Shown: piece by piece, positions 20,802-29,170 of the stretch
How positions within the stretch are numbered: the first letter of the stretch is position 1
Layout: each line of letters opens with the position of its first letter
DNA from: Candidatus Omnitrophota bacterium
GTDB taxonomy: Bacteria; Omnitrophota; Gorgyraeia; Zapsychrales; Zapsychraceae
Length of the DNA: 64,000 nucleotides
Assembly: GCA_016931055.1 (NCBI GenBank)
Contig: JAFGFL010000050.1
Location: 1,535 to 65,534, forward strand
Direction of reading: 5' to 3'
Translations under genes and position numbers: made by a program
Notes under the pieces: model-generated
Database searches by the model: none
What the model saw: only the letters and a program-made list of their open reading frames with translations
What the model was told of the DNA's origin: nothing

Positions 20802-20830
20802 CATTATGCCCACAAAAAAAAGCATAGTCA
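20802..20830 (-). promoter_or_regulatory. Sigma70-like promoter of the hydrogenase operon
   Basis: Minus strand reads TTGACT - 17 nt - CATAAT, about 35 nt upstream of the ATG at 20764. Confidence 0.4.
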
Positions 20831-20924
20831 ACCAAAATGTCTTAAATATTGTCAGGATGCGGCCCTAAATCTATAATTTGCAGAATCAGGGGGGCTTTGC
20901 TTCTGATGTCTTATTGATGCCCTG

Positions 20925-21572
20925 TTACAATCCCAGAAATTTAATTCCAAAACCACACAACATGATAACAATCCCGCTTATCGCGGGGGCAAATCTCATA
21001 ATTTCTCTTCCTTGGACAAAATTTAATCCAAAAGAAGCAACCAGAACCGTGCCCACCATGGTCATGATGGTCGTCAGGCCGAAAACGCCTATCAACAGAA
21101 AAACAGCCAAAAAATTATACGTTAAAGAAGGATAGGTCATAAGGAAGAACAGCGGCTCGCACGGGCCGACAACAAAAATGATAAATAAACTCCAGACAAC
21201 AAGATTAAATTTTCCTTCAGCGGGCAAATCATGAGCCTGCACTTTTCCCTTATATAGTCTTTTTAAGCCCCAGATAAAATAGGCGAGACCGAAAGCAATA
21301 AGGGCCCACGCCGCAAAATCAGAACGGTAAGAATCAACGATATGTAACAAGCTCAAAGACTGACGGAGCCCCATGGCCAGATATCCGATCATAACAGAAC
21401 TCAAAATGTGTCCAAGCCCGCACATCGATGTCACCCAGATGGTCGTCTTTCTTGACCATGAACGCGCTTTAGCTAAGGCAATAAAAGGCAGATAATGGTC
21501 CGGCCCCAACAACGTGTGGACAATACCGGTCAACGCCGCTACAGAAATCAATGGCATGATCTCGAAATTCAT
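20925..21572 (-). CDS. Putative Ni/Co permease (HupE/UreJ- or NicO-like)
   Basis: 215 aa, 6 TM. The first helix carries VHTLLGPDHYLPF, matching the HxxxGxDH signature of HupE/UreJ-type Ni transporters. It has a good RBS (AAGGAGAG) and sits immediately upstream of the hydrogenase operon. Family assignment is from motif memory only. Confidence 0.45.
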   Translation of the reverse strand: MNFEIMPLISVAALTGIVHTLLGPDHYLPFIALAKARSWSRKTTIWVTSMCGLGHILSSVMIGYLAMGLRQSLSLLHIVDSYRSDFAAWALIAFGLAYFIWGLKRLYKGKVQAHDLPAEGKFNLVVWSLFIIFVVGPCEPLFFLMTYPSLTYNFLAVFLLIGVFGLTTIMTMVGTVLVASFGLNFVQGREIMRFAPAISGIVIMLCGFGIKFLGL

Positions 21573-21691
21573 GGTTCACTCTCCTTAAGGTAAAACAAAA
21601 ATTTGAATTTTAAGAAGTCTATCATTCCTATTAAGAAAATTCCATCTTTTTTGGAAATATAAAATCAGCCGCTGCCAGCAATCTATATTAT

Positions 21692-22030
21692 TTATACTAA
21701 ACCGTTATAGAAATCCATGAACCGGTCAAATTCAGGGCCTTCTTTTTCCACAATCTGGACGCCAATCGTATACTGTTTATTATAATCGTTCTTTTTCACC
21801 CATATCACCTTGACGGACACCATAACCTCATCCGTGGTGTCCAAATCAACCGCCAATTGGATTTCTTCTCCCACCTTTAATTTGCTGTCGGAGGTCAAGC
21901 AGAAGCCTCCGGAAGACATGTTGAAAATTTTCGCCTCGCGCTCCGGACGGGGATCATCCCCCATGCCGTAGGAAGCCGCCAACTCAATGGGGGACCGTTT
22001 TTCTGATCTTTTTTCGAACATAGCCCTCAC
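21692..22030 (-). CDS. PilZ-domain protein (c-di-GMP receptor type)
   Basis: RSEKR (RxxxR) and NMSSGG (D/NxSxxG) motifs occur with the correct spacing. Confidence 0.75.
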   Translation of the reverse strand: MRAMFEKRSEKRSPIELAASYGMGDDPRPEREAKIFNMSSGGFCLTSDSKLKVGEEIQLAVDLDTTDEVMVSVKVIWVKKNDYNKQYTIGVQIVEKEGPEFDRFMDFYNGLV

Positions 22031-22039
22031 CCCGCAACC

Positions 22040-22819
22040 TTAATATTTCCTTTTTTTCTTATCGGTCTTAAATAAGGCCAAAATATGATTCAGGATAATT
22101 CCCGTGCCACTAGCGGCAACGGCAACACCCATGCCGATAAAACGCCATTTGTCTTTAAGGAACCATGAAACGAGTATGACCGTTCCGACCATCAGGCCGG
22201 ATGTTGAAATCTTCGGCCAGTTACCGGAACCCGTCAAAAACACAAGATCAAGAACAAATAGCACCAATAATATGATCGCCCCTATCGGACTGAATACATA
22301 TTTCAGTATTTTGTCATCCATCAGTTTTTCGATCAGAGGCCGCTGGTCCTTGAAGATCTTATCGAAATCTTTTAAGAATATATAGGAAACCAAGCGTTGG
22401 CACATGTCTTTATCCCACAGGCCTTCATCTCCAACCTCTTGACAGGACGAAGAAAAAAAGCCGTCCATGACCTCTTTTAATCCTGCCTGCAGGCAGGAAT
22501 AATATTTTGTGTTATCTTCTTTAGATTGCGTTTTACATTGCTGAATGAACGCGACGCTTTTCTGTTCAAGCCAATCTTCCCCCTCAACGGCAACCAATTG
22601 CGCGAACTGTTCGGCCACACACACCGTTTCGCGGTTTTCTTCTGTCACTGAGTCTTTCCAATATTCCGGATAGGTAATCGCATGACCCGTTTTTTCGCAT
22701 TGTTGAACCGCCTGCTCGATCCTCCATTTGCCTGTCACGCTGAGTTCGGCAGAAACATTCCGCACACCGAGCAGACACAGGAAAAATAAACAACTTATTG
22801 AAACAATATGGAGTTTCAC
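22040..22819 (-). CDS. Hypothetical secreted/membrane protein, Cys-rich ectodomain + 3 C-terminal TM
   Basis: Signal peptide (LFFLCLLGVRNVSA), 8 Cys in the ectodomain and hydrophobic C-terminal helices. I recognise no family. Confidence 0.5.
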   Translation of the reverse strand: MKLHIVSISCLFFLCLLGVRNVSAELSVTGKWRIEQAVQQCEKTGHAITYPEYWKDSVTEENRETVCVAEQFAQLVAVEGEDWLEQKSVAFIQQCKTQSKEDNTKYYSCLQAGLKEVMDGFFSSSCQEVGDEGLWDKDMCQRLVSYIFLKDFDKIFKDQRPLIEKLMDDKILKYVFSPIGAIILLVLFVLDLVFLTGSGNWPKISTSGLMVGTVILVSWFLKDKWRFIGMGVAVAASGTGIILNHILALFKTDKKKRKY

Positions 22820-22908
22820 GATGTTCCCTTAAGGCTTTTTCCCTTTTAAATGTGAACACCCAGCCGTCCATAGCCGGGTGTCCTCATTATTGGATGAGCA
22901 AGAACAGT

Positions 22909-24870
22909 TTATGTCTCATCGTCATACTTATCTTTAAGCGCCTTAACAACATTGGCATCCGCTAACGTCGTGACATCGCCCAAAGCCCGCCCCTCCCCGA
23001 TGTCGCGCAAGAGACGGCGCATGATCTTTCCGCTTCTGGTCTTAGGCAATTCAGCCGTGAAAATGATCTTTGACGGCCGGGCGATCGCGCCGATTTTATC
23101 GGCCACATGCTGCTTTAAGGTGTCTTCCAATTCTTTCTTCGGCTCGTTTCCTTCTTTAAGGATGACAAACGCGGCAATGGCCGTCCCCTTGATCTCATCT
23201 TTAATGCCGACAACGGCAGCTTCCGCAACGCTGGGATGGTCGACAAGAGCGCTTTCCACTTCCATCGTCCCGATATTGTGCCCGGCGACAAGCATGATGT
23301 CATCGACGCGTCCCAAGAGCCAGAAGCAGCCGTCCTTGTCGATCCTTGCCCCGTCACCGGGGAAATAGGAATCCTTCCACTTGCTCCAATAGGTGTCTGC
23401 ATAACGCTGCTGATTGCCCCAGATGCCGCGAAGCATCGCCGGCCATGGGCTCTTGATGGTCAAATAGCCGCCGCCCTCAGTGACGGCCTTGCCTTCTGCC
23501 GTTATAACCGTCGCGTCAATACCCGGAAGAGGCCTGGTCGCCGACCCGGGTTTCATCATGGACACTCCGGGGATCGGAGAGATCATAATACACCCTGTCT
23601 CGGTCTGCCACCATGTATCAACAATGGGGCATTTTTGCTTGCCGATCACTTTGTAATACCATATCCACGCCTCCGGATTGATCGGCTCCCCGACCGTCCC
23701 CAAAAGGCGCAGGCTGGACAGGTCACAGCCATTCGGCCACTCGACCCCCCATTTCATAAAGGCCCGTATAGCCGTCGGAGCGGTATACAGGATCGTGACT
23801 TTGTATTTCTCGATGATTTTCCAGAAACGGTTGCGCTCGGGATAGTCCGGCGTCCCTTCGAACATCACCTGGGTCACGCCGTTCGACAGCGCGCCGTAGA
23901 CAATGTAGCTGTGCCCGGTCACCCAGCCGACATCGGCCGTGCACCAATACACATCCTTTTCCTTCAGGTCAAAGACCCATTTCATCGTTGCCGTGACGCT
24001 TGTCATATAACCGCCGGTCGTATGAATGATCCCCTTGGGGGCTCCCGTCGTCCCTGAGGTATAGAGGATATACAGGATATCTTCGGCATCCATCTCTTCA
24101 GGCTTGCAATAGTCCTCGGCAGCCCCGATCGCTTCATGGTACCAAAGATCACGCCCATCTTTCATTTTGATATCAATCGACTTGTGCTTAACGACCATCA
24201 CATGTTTGACGGAAGGGCATTGGTCAACAGCCACATCAGCGATCTCCTTAAGCGGAATCGCTTTCCCGCGCCGTGAACCGCCGTCGGCCGTGATGACCAA
24301 TTTCGCCTGGGCGTCCAGGATGCGGTCCTTCAACGAGTCCGCGCTAAAACCCCCGAAGACGACTGTATGGATGGCTCCGATGCGCGCGCAGGCCAGCATC
24401 GCAATAGCCGCCTCGGGAATCATCGGCATATAAATGGCCACGCGGTCGCCTTTCGCGACTCCCAGCTTTTTGACGGCGTTGGCCAATTTGTTGACGACTT
24501 TGTAAATGTCGTCATAGGTCAGCTTCCGTTCTTCGCCTTCCTCGCCCTCCCAAAGGATCGCGGTCTTGCCGCCCTTGCCCGCCTTCACGTGCCGGTCCAG
24601 GCAATTGTAACTCGCGTTCAGTTTCCCGCCGACAAACCACTTGGCGAAGGGCAGTTTCCAGTCTAAAACCTTGTCCCATTTCTTAAACCAGTCGAGATCG
24701 TTGGCATACTTCCCCCAGAACGCCTCGCGGTCCTTGGCTGCCTCCTGATAAATCGACTCATCCTTGACGTTCGCGTTCTTCTTGAACTCTGGGCTGGGAT
24801 AAAAAATCCGGTTCTCCTCCAGAAGAGTCCTGACGGCCGCTTCCTTTTTTTCCTTCTGTTCTGCGCACAT
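22909..24870 (-). CDS. acs: Acetyl-CoA synthetase (AMP-forming)
   Basis: 653 aa with [11 protein letters not shown] and WWQTETG motifs, and the C-terminal [15 protein letters not shown] motif. Confidence 0.93.
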   Translation of the reverse strand: MCAEQKEKKEAAVRTLLEENRIFYPSPEFKKNANVKDESIYQEAAKDREAFWGKYANDLDWFKKWDKVLDWKLPFAKWFVGGKLNASYNCLDRHVKAGKGGKTAILWEGEEGEERKLTYDDIYKVVNKLANAVKKLGVAKGDRVAIYMPMIPEAAIAMLACARIGAIHTVVFGGFSADSLKDRILDAQAKLVITADGGSRRGKAIPLKEIADVAVDQCPSVKHVMVVKHKSIDIKMKDGRDLWYHEAIGAAEDYCKPEEMDAEDILYILYTSGTTGAPKGIIHTTGGYMTSVTATMKWVFDLKEKDVYWCTADVGWVTGHSYIVYGALSNGVTQVMFEGTPDYPERNRFWKIIEKYKVTILYTAPTAIRAFMKWGVEWPNGCDLSSLRLLGTVGEPINPEAWIWYYKVIGKQKCPIVDTWWQTETGCIMISPIPGVSMMKPGSATRPLPGIDATVITAEGKAVTEGGGYLTIKSPWPAMLRGIWGNQQRYADTYWSKWKDSYFPGDGARIDKDGCFWLLGRVDDIMLVAGHNIGTMEVESALVDHPSVAEAAVVGIKDEIKGTAIAAFVILKEGNEPKKELEDTLKQHVADKIGAIARPSKIIFTAELPKTRSGKIMRRLLRDIGEGRALGDVTTLADANVVKALKDKYDDET

Positions 24871-25095
24871 AATCCGTTCCTTCCTTTTCTAGTATTCCTT
24901 AATAAGATTAATCACTGTCCCGGATCTTTCATGTTTCACTGTCTTAACCAATCCGCAAAAAACTATTTCAGCAGGCGCGAATCCGCGTTTTCCGGTAAAA
25001 ACATTGATAGATTCTACACCTTGAGTCAGCCCCCCGCAACAAAAAATCGCTATCTTTTGCTCAGCATATTTTGCATAATTACTCTATAATACGAA

Positions 25096-25860
25096 TCACA
25101 TATTCAGTTCAATGCCGACAGGGCAATGATCTGAACCCATAACGGCTTTCAGGATAAGCGCTTTTTTCACTTTGGGGAGCAAATTTTCCGTTACAAAGAA
25201 ATAATCGATCCGCCAGCCGATGTCCCTGTCCCGCGCCCCTGTCTTATAATCCCACCAGGTGTAATGGCCGCCGTCCTTACAGAAATGGCGGAAGGTATCG
25301 ACATACCCGCTCTCAATAAATTTCGTGACCCAGGCCCGTTCTTCGGGAAGGAATCCGGTATTCTTTTCATTCTGCTTCGGCCTGGCCAGGTCGATTTCTT
25401 CATGGGCCGTGTTTACGTCCCCGCAGATGATAATCTTCTTGCCTTGGCTTTTCAGCCGGTCCACCTTCTTTAGAAACGCGTCATAAAACCGCATTTTAAA
25501 AGGGACCCGGACGTTTCCCGCTCCGCCATTGGGGAAATAAATATTGAAGAGGACAAAAGGCCCATAATCCAGCATCAGAGTACGCCCTTCGGTATCGAAT
25601 TCCTTGGCCCCCAAACCCTCCCGGACCTCCTGGGGCTCGGCTTTCGTAAAGACCGCGGTCCCGCTGTAGCCTTTGCGCTCGGCCGATGACCAATAAGTTT
25701 TATAACCGTCAGGCGATAAGGCCTCTTCCGTCAGTTGTTCAGGGCAGCTCTTTGTTTCCTGTACGCATAATATGTCCGGGGAATCTTTTTGAAGCCAATC
25801 GATGAATCCTTTTTTCAAAATGGCTCTCATTCCGTTTACATTCCAGCTTAAGATTCGCAT
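25096..25860 (-). CDS. xth: Exodeoxyribonuclease III
   Basis: 254 aa starting MRILSWNVNG, with GDVNTAHEEIDL and a C-terminal SDHCPV motif. Confidence 0.9.
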   Translation of the reverse strand: MRILSWNVNGMRAILKKGFIDWLQKDSPDILCVQETKSCPEQLTEEALSPDGYKTYWSSAERKGYSGTAVFTKAEPQEVREGLGAKEFDTEGRTLMLDYGPFVLFNIYFPNGGAGNVRVPFKMRFYDAFLKKVDRLKSQGKKIIICGDVNTAHEEIDLARPKQNEKNTGFLPEERAWVTKFIESGYVDTFRHFCKDGGHYTWWDYKTGARDRDIGWRIDYFFVTENLLPKVKKALILKAVMGSDHCPVGIELNM

Positions 25861-25908
25861 TTAAAACCTCGTAATTTATACTAGCAATTCAACAGGACGC
25901 TTTAAATG

Positions 25909-26060
25909 TAGTTTTAGGTTATTGAGGTTATGAATGTTATAAAGGTTACGGAGGTTACCGTTATTAGATTGTTTTATGTTGCAACAGGTTGGAAACCTAA
26001 AGTAACCTCATGTAACCTGAAACTGTCTTTTAACCGCAAACTTTCCAACCTTCATAACCT
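25909..26060. repeat. Palindromic array of AGGTTA / TAACCT short motifs
   Basis: AGGTTA occurs at 25916, 25925, 25943 and 25952. It is followed by the inverted (A/T)AACCT at 25994, 26003, 26013, 26047 and 26055. AGTTTTAGGTTATTGAGGTTAT is mirrored by the reverse complement of GTAACCTCATGTAACCTGAAACT. Confidence 0.7.
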
Positions 26061-26089
26061 TATCCAATATTTATAACGTATACAATTTA

Positions 26090-27175
26090 TTATCCGATCC
26101 TGACAGGCAAACGCTTCGACCCCCAAGTCCCAGGCTGATCATCAAACTGCCCGGGGCAAAACGCGCCGCATTTGGAACACTTGTTCTTGTCCTTCAAATT
26201 GTACGCGCCGAGCTCGTACCAATCCCTCTCGATGAGCACCTGGCCGCACTGGGCGCAATAGGTACTCCCTCCTTTAGGATCGTGCACATTGCCGGTGTAA
26301 ACATATCTGATCCCTTTAGCTATCGCAATATTCCTGGCCCTGGTCAAGTCAGACGGGCGGGTAGGAGGGATCCCCAGCATCCGGAAATCCGGATGGAACG
26401 CCGAAAAATGCAAAGGAACATCCCCTCCAAGCTCCTTGACGATCCACTCGCACATGTCATTCAGTTCCTGATCGCTGTCATTCTCGCCGGGAATAAGCAG
26501 CGTCGTGATCTCAAACCAGACCTTCGTCTTGTGTTTCAAGTACGCCAACGTATCCAAAACCGGCTGCAAAGCGCCCAAAGTGATCTTCTCATAAAATTCT
26601 TCAGTGAAGGCCTTCAGGTCAACATTGGCCGCATCCATATGTTCAAAGAATTCCGGCCTGGCCTCATTGGTAATGTAGCCGGCTGTTACCGCCACTGTTT
26701 TAATCCCCAGGGCATGACAAGCTTTCGCGATGTCGATCGCATATTCCGCAAAAATAACAGGGTCATTATAGGTAAAGGCAACGCTTTTGCAGTTCATTTT
26801 CTCGGCGCATTGGGCGATGGCCTCAGGAGATGCTTCGTCGGTCAAGCTGTCCCATTCCCGCGATTTGCTGATGTTCCAGTTTTGGCAGAATTTGCAGCCT
26901 AAATTGCACCCGGCGGTCCCGAAAGAAAGGACGCTGGTCCCGGGATAAAAATGATTGAGAGGCTTCTTCTCAATAGGGTCAATGCAAAACCCGCTGCTAC
27001 GGCCGTAAGTCGTTAAAACAATCTTTCCCCCGATATTCTGCCGGACAAAACAAAACCCGCGCTGCCCGTCCCTTAACAAGCAATACCGCGGACAAACCTG
27101 GCAAAGGACGCGCCCGTCCGCCTGTTTTGTCCAATGCCGCCCGACATAGTTGTCTTGTCCTAGAACGCTCACCAT
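26090..27175 (-). CDS. AmmeMemoRadiSam-system radical SAM enzyme
   Basis: 361 aa with an N-terminal CQVCPRYC...GFCFVR auxiliary motif, the GCNLGCKFCQNW radical SAM motif and a C-terminal CAQCG...CSKCG zinc-ribbon-like motif. Confidence 0.8.
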   Translation of the reverse strand: MVSVLGQDNYVGRHWTKQADGRVLCQVCPRYCLLRDGQRGFCFVRQNIGGKIVLTTYGRSSGFCIDPIEKKPLNHFYPGTSVLSFGTAGCNLGCKFCQNWNISKSREWDSLTDEASPEAIAQCAEKMNCKSVAFTYNDPVIFAEYAIDIAKACHALGIKTVAVTAGYITNEARPEFFEHMDAANVDLKAFTEEFYEKITLGALQPVLDTLAYLKHKTKVWFEITTLLIPGENDSDQELNDMCEWIVKELGGDVPLHFSAFHPDFRMLGIPPTRPSDLTRARNIAIAKGIRYVYTGNVHDPKGGSTYCAQCGQVLIERDWYELGAYNLKDKNKCSKCGAFCPGQFDDQPGTWGSKRLPVRIG

Positions 27176-27179
27176 TCAC

Positions 27180-27629
27180 CTAATCACTTTTTTGCGTCCA
27201 AGCCCGAAACGGTTTATACCCGAAATATTTCAGAGGAATATTAAAATAGATATTTCCGAGTTCTTTCCGGTAAGGCAAGACCGTTAACTCTTTAATGTGC
27301 CAGCCCACGCCTATATCCTGTTTTAGAGCTATTTCGTCAGAATAAATAAAAGCGCCGTATTCAGCGCCTTCCTCTTTCATGTCCGTGTCAAAATACAGAG
27401 GGATATGATTCCCTCCGGTCAACGGCTTGACGTTTTTGTAAGCCGAAAGATTTTGCGCCGCCACGCCAAAAAGAACCACGTTCATGACATCCCCCTCAAT
27501 GTCTGCCTCACCCTCATACTCCCCCGTGATCCTTAGCGGAATGGCCTCGGTCAAACCTTGATTTTTCGCCGTTGAACATGCCGACAGTGAAAAAAACAAA
27601 AAGACCAACCATAAGATCCTATGGTCCAT
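27180..27629 (-). CDS. Hypothetical lipoprotein
   Basis: Start taken at MDHRILWLVFLFFSLSAC, which has a lipobox (LSAC). The track ORF extension to 27740 overlaps the upstream gene. Confidence 0.55.
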   Translation of the reverse strand: MDHRILWLVFLFFSLSACSTAKNQGLTEAIPLRITGEYEGEADIEGDVMNVVLFGVAAQNLSAYKNVKPLTGGNHIPLYFDTDMKEEGAEYGAFIYSDEIALKQDIGVGWHIKELTVLPYRKELGNIYFNIPLKYFGYKPFRAWTQKSD

Positions 27630-27636
27630 TTTTCCC

Positions 27637-28044
27637 TCATGATTTTTCTTTTGGTTTATCTTCTTTGACAAACAGCGGCAGCGAAGATACGGTTCTCCCG
27701 CTGACAGCCAGGTCAATGGAGTACTCGCCATAGCGTTCAATCTTCAAACCTTGAATATTGAAAATTAAATTCACCGAAGTGGACCTTTGTTCTTTGGGAT
27801 GGTTGATTCTGACTGTTCCCCCGACTGGACGGATAATATGTTTCCCGTCCATATCAATGAACTTGACGGAAACTTCATGTTTGTTGCCCTCGCTCGAAAA
27901 AAACCTGATCCTCATGGCAACCGCGCACTGCGGATGAACAACCGGTATCTTTTTGGTCCAGATCGTATCAAACACCCCCAGCATATTTAATTTTCCGCCA
28001 TCTGTTGTCGCTGCGTCACATAATGAAAATATTTCAATTTGCAT
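27637..28044 (-). CDS. Conserved hypothetical protein (135 aa)
   Basis: Complete ORF. The N-terminal pattern CDAATTDGGKLNMLGVFDTIW...PVVHPQ resembles, from memory, a widespread uncharacterised DUF family. Confidence 0.5.
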   Translation of the reverse strand: MQIEIFSLCDAATTDGGKLNMLGVFDTIWTKKIPVVHPQCAVAMRIRFFSSEGNKHEVSVKFIDMDGKHIIRPVGGTVRINHPKEQRSTSVNLIFNIQGLKIERYGEYSIDLAVSGRTVSSLPLFVKEDKPKEKS

Positions 28045-28068
28045 ATCCGCCTCTCTCTTAAAAGGATT

Positions 28069-28163
28069 TCCCTCCCCCTTGTGGGGAGGGTTAGGGTGGG
28101 GGGTACAATTCCTGTCGCGTTATTTCTTACCCTCCCCTAACCCCTCCCATAAAGGGAGGGGAA
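28069..28163. repeat. Inverted pair of G/C-tract hairpin repeats (CCCTCCCC...GGGGAGGG type)
   Basis: Copy A is at 28069-28105 (TCCCTCCCCCTTGTGGGGAGGGTTAGGGTGGGGGGTA). Copy B is at 28128-28163, and its reverse complement is TTCCCCTCCCTTTATGGGAGGGGTTAGGGGAGGGTA. They are separated by 22 bp. Confidence 0.7.
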
Positions 28164-28911
28164 TGCTTCGTAAACTCGGCACTTCTAGCTCAAATTCATC
28201 GGCAAAAGCAAGCGTTCGTTTCAACCGTTCCGGGGCCGAGCGCCCCATGCACTGATGCGCCAAGTCCCCTTCAAAAGCCTCGGCCATCCGGTCTATTAAC
28301 TTTTGCCGATCCAACTCCCTTCCGATAAGACGGAATTGGATGTCCAGGATATCGCTTGATACCTTCCGGGCAAGTTCTTGATGTTTTCCCCAAAGCTCAC
28401 CGACCGTACCGCCGACTTTCAAACCGGCAATATTCACCGTCAATATGTATAGATTCTTAACAACCAATTCAAAAAGCATTTCGTCCTCACTAGCGGCTAT
28501 CTTGGAATGAAGATTGATCGTTCCCAATACATCTTTGACGAGTCCAGCGCGCGGGCCAAAGACCGGGGACGGGATGATCTCCTTGGCGTCCAGCCCCGGT
28601 TTTTTTTCAAACCACACCGAGATCACTGTCGGGTTTGCGATATGATACGCCTGCCAGTCTTTGGGCAAGAGCTCGTTTTGCAATAGGATCAGCCTGTCGC
28701 GCCATTTCTTTGGGATGTCTTTGAGAACGCCTTGAAGGTCATTCTCCCTGACGGCAATGACAACCGCCAGCGGATCTTTGATCTCATCGGCAGCTTTATG
28801 AATGTCGGCCCCTTGCTCAATGGGATAAACAGGGTATTGCGCCCTTAAGAAACCTTTGGCAAAAACGCCTCCCATCTCTCCAACGCCGATCAACACCACA
28901 GCTTTTTTCAC
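28120..28911 (-). CDS. Putative NAD(P)-binding oxidoreductase (Rossmann N-terminus)
   Basis: VVLIGVGEMGGVFAKG dinucleotide-binding motif. I prefer the GTG start at 28911, preceded by AGAGGAG. The last ~14 codons (IPLPLWEGLGEGKK) are encoded by repeat copy B. Confidence 0.55.
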   Translation of the reverse strand: MKKAVVLIGVGEMGGVFAKGFLRAQYPVYPIEQGADIHKAADEIKDPLAVVIAVRENDLQGVLKDIPKKWRDRLILLQNELLPKDWQAYHIANPTVISVWFEKKPGLDAKEIIPSPVFGPRAGLVKDVLGTINLHSKIAASEDEMLFELVVKNLYILTVNIAGLKVGGTVGELWGKHQELARKVSSDILDIQFRLIGRELDRQKLIDRMAEAFEGDLAHQCMGRSAPERLKRTLAFADEFELEVPSLRSIPLPLWEGLGEGKK

Positions 28912-28990
28912 AAGAAAACTCCTCTCTTCGTTCGTACTTGTTTTCCAAAATAATTTAGATGAAACAAGTACTGTCCTCATTTCTTCTAAA

Positions 28991-29025
28991 ATATTTTAGG
29001 AAAATGAGGACGTCGTATCTTCTTT
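28991..29025 (+). repeat. Weak third copy of the dispersed ATTTTAGGAAA(G/A)TG(G/A)G.AC motif
   Basis: ATATTTTAGGAAAATGAGGACGTCGTATCTTCTTT; compare 48903-48939 and 60626-60665. Confidence 0.35.
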
Positions 29026-29170
29026 GCTGCATAGGAAAGGGGTTTTCTAGCAGCATCCGTATTTATACTTTCCTATGCTGTAAAACAACCCTTCCTGTAT
29101 TTGACATGCCGACAGCGGCCTGCTAGGATAAAATTAATATTTCTCGGAAGCAAGCCTTCATTGAAACATT

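Noticed and set aside
25909-26060. Short-repeat arrays at 25.9 kb and 55.5 kb considered as CRISPR arrays.
   Set aside because: The repeat units are only 6-9 bp with 9-18 bp spacing and are arranged as inverted blocks. There are no 25-40 bp repeats, no unique spacers, and no cas genes anywhere in the window.
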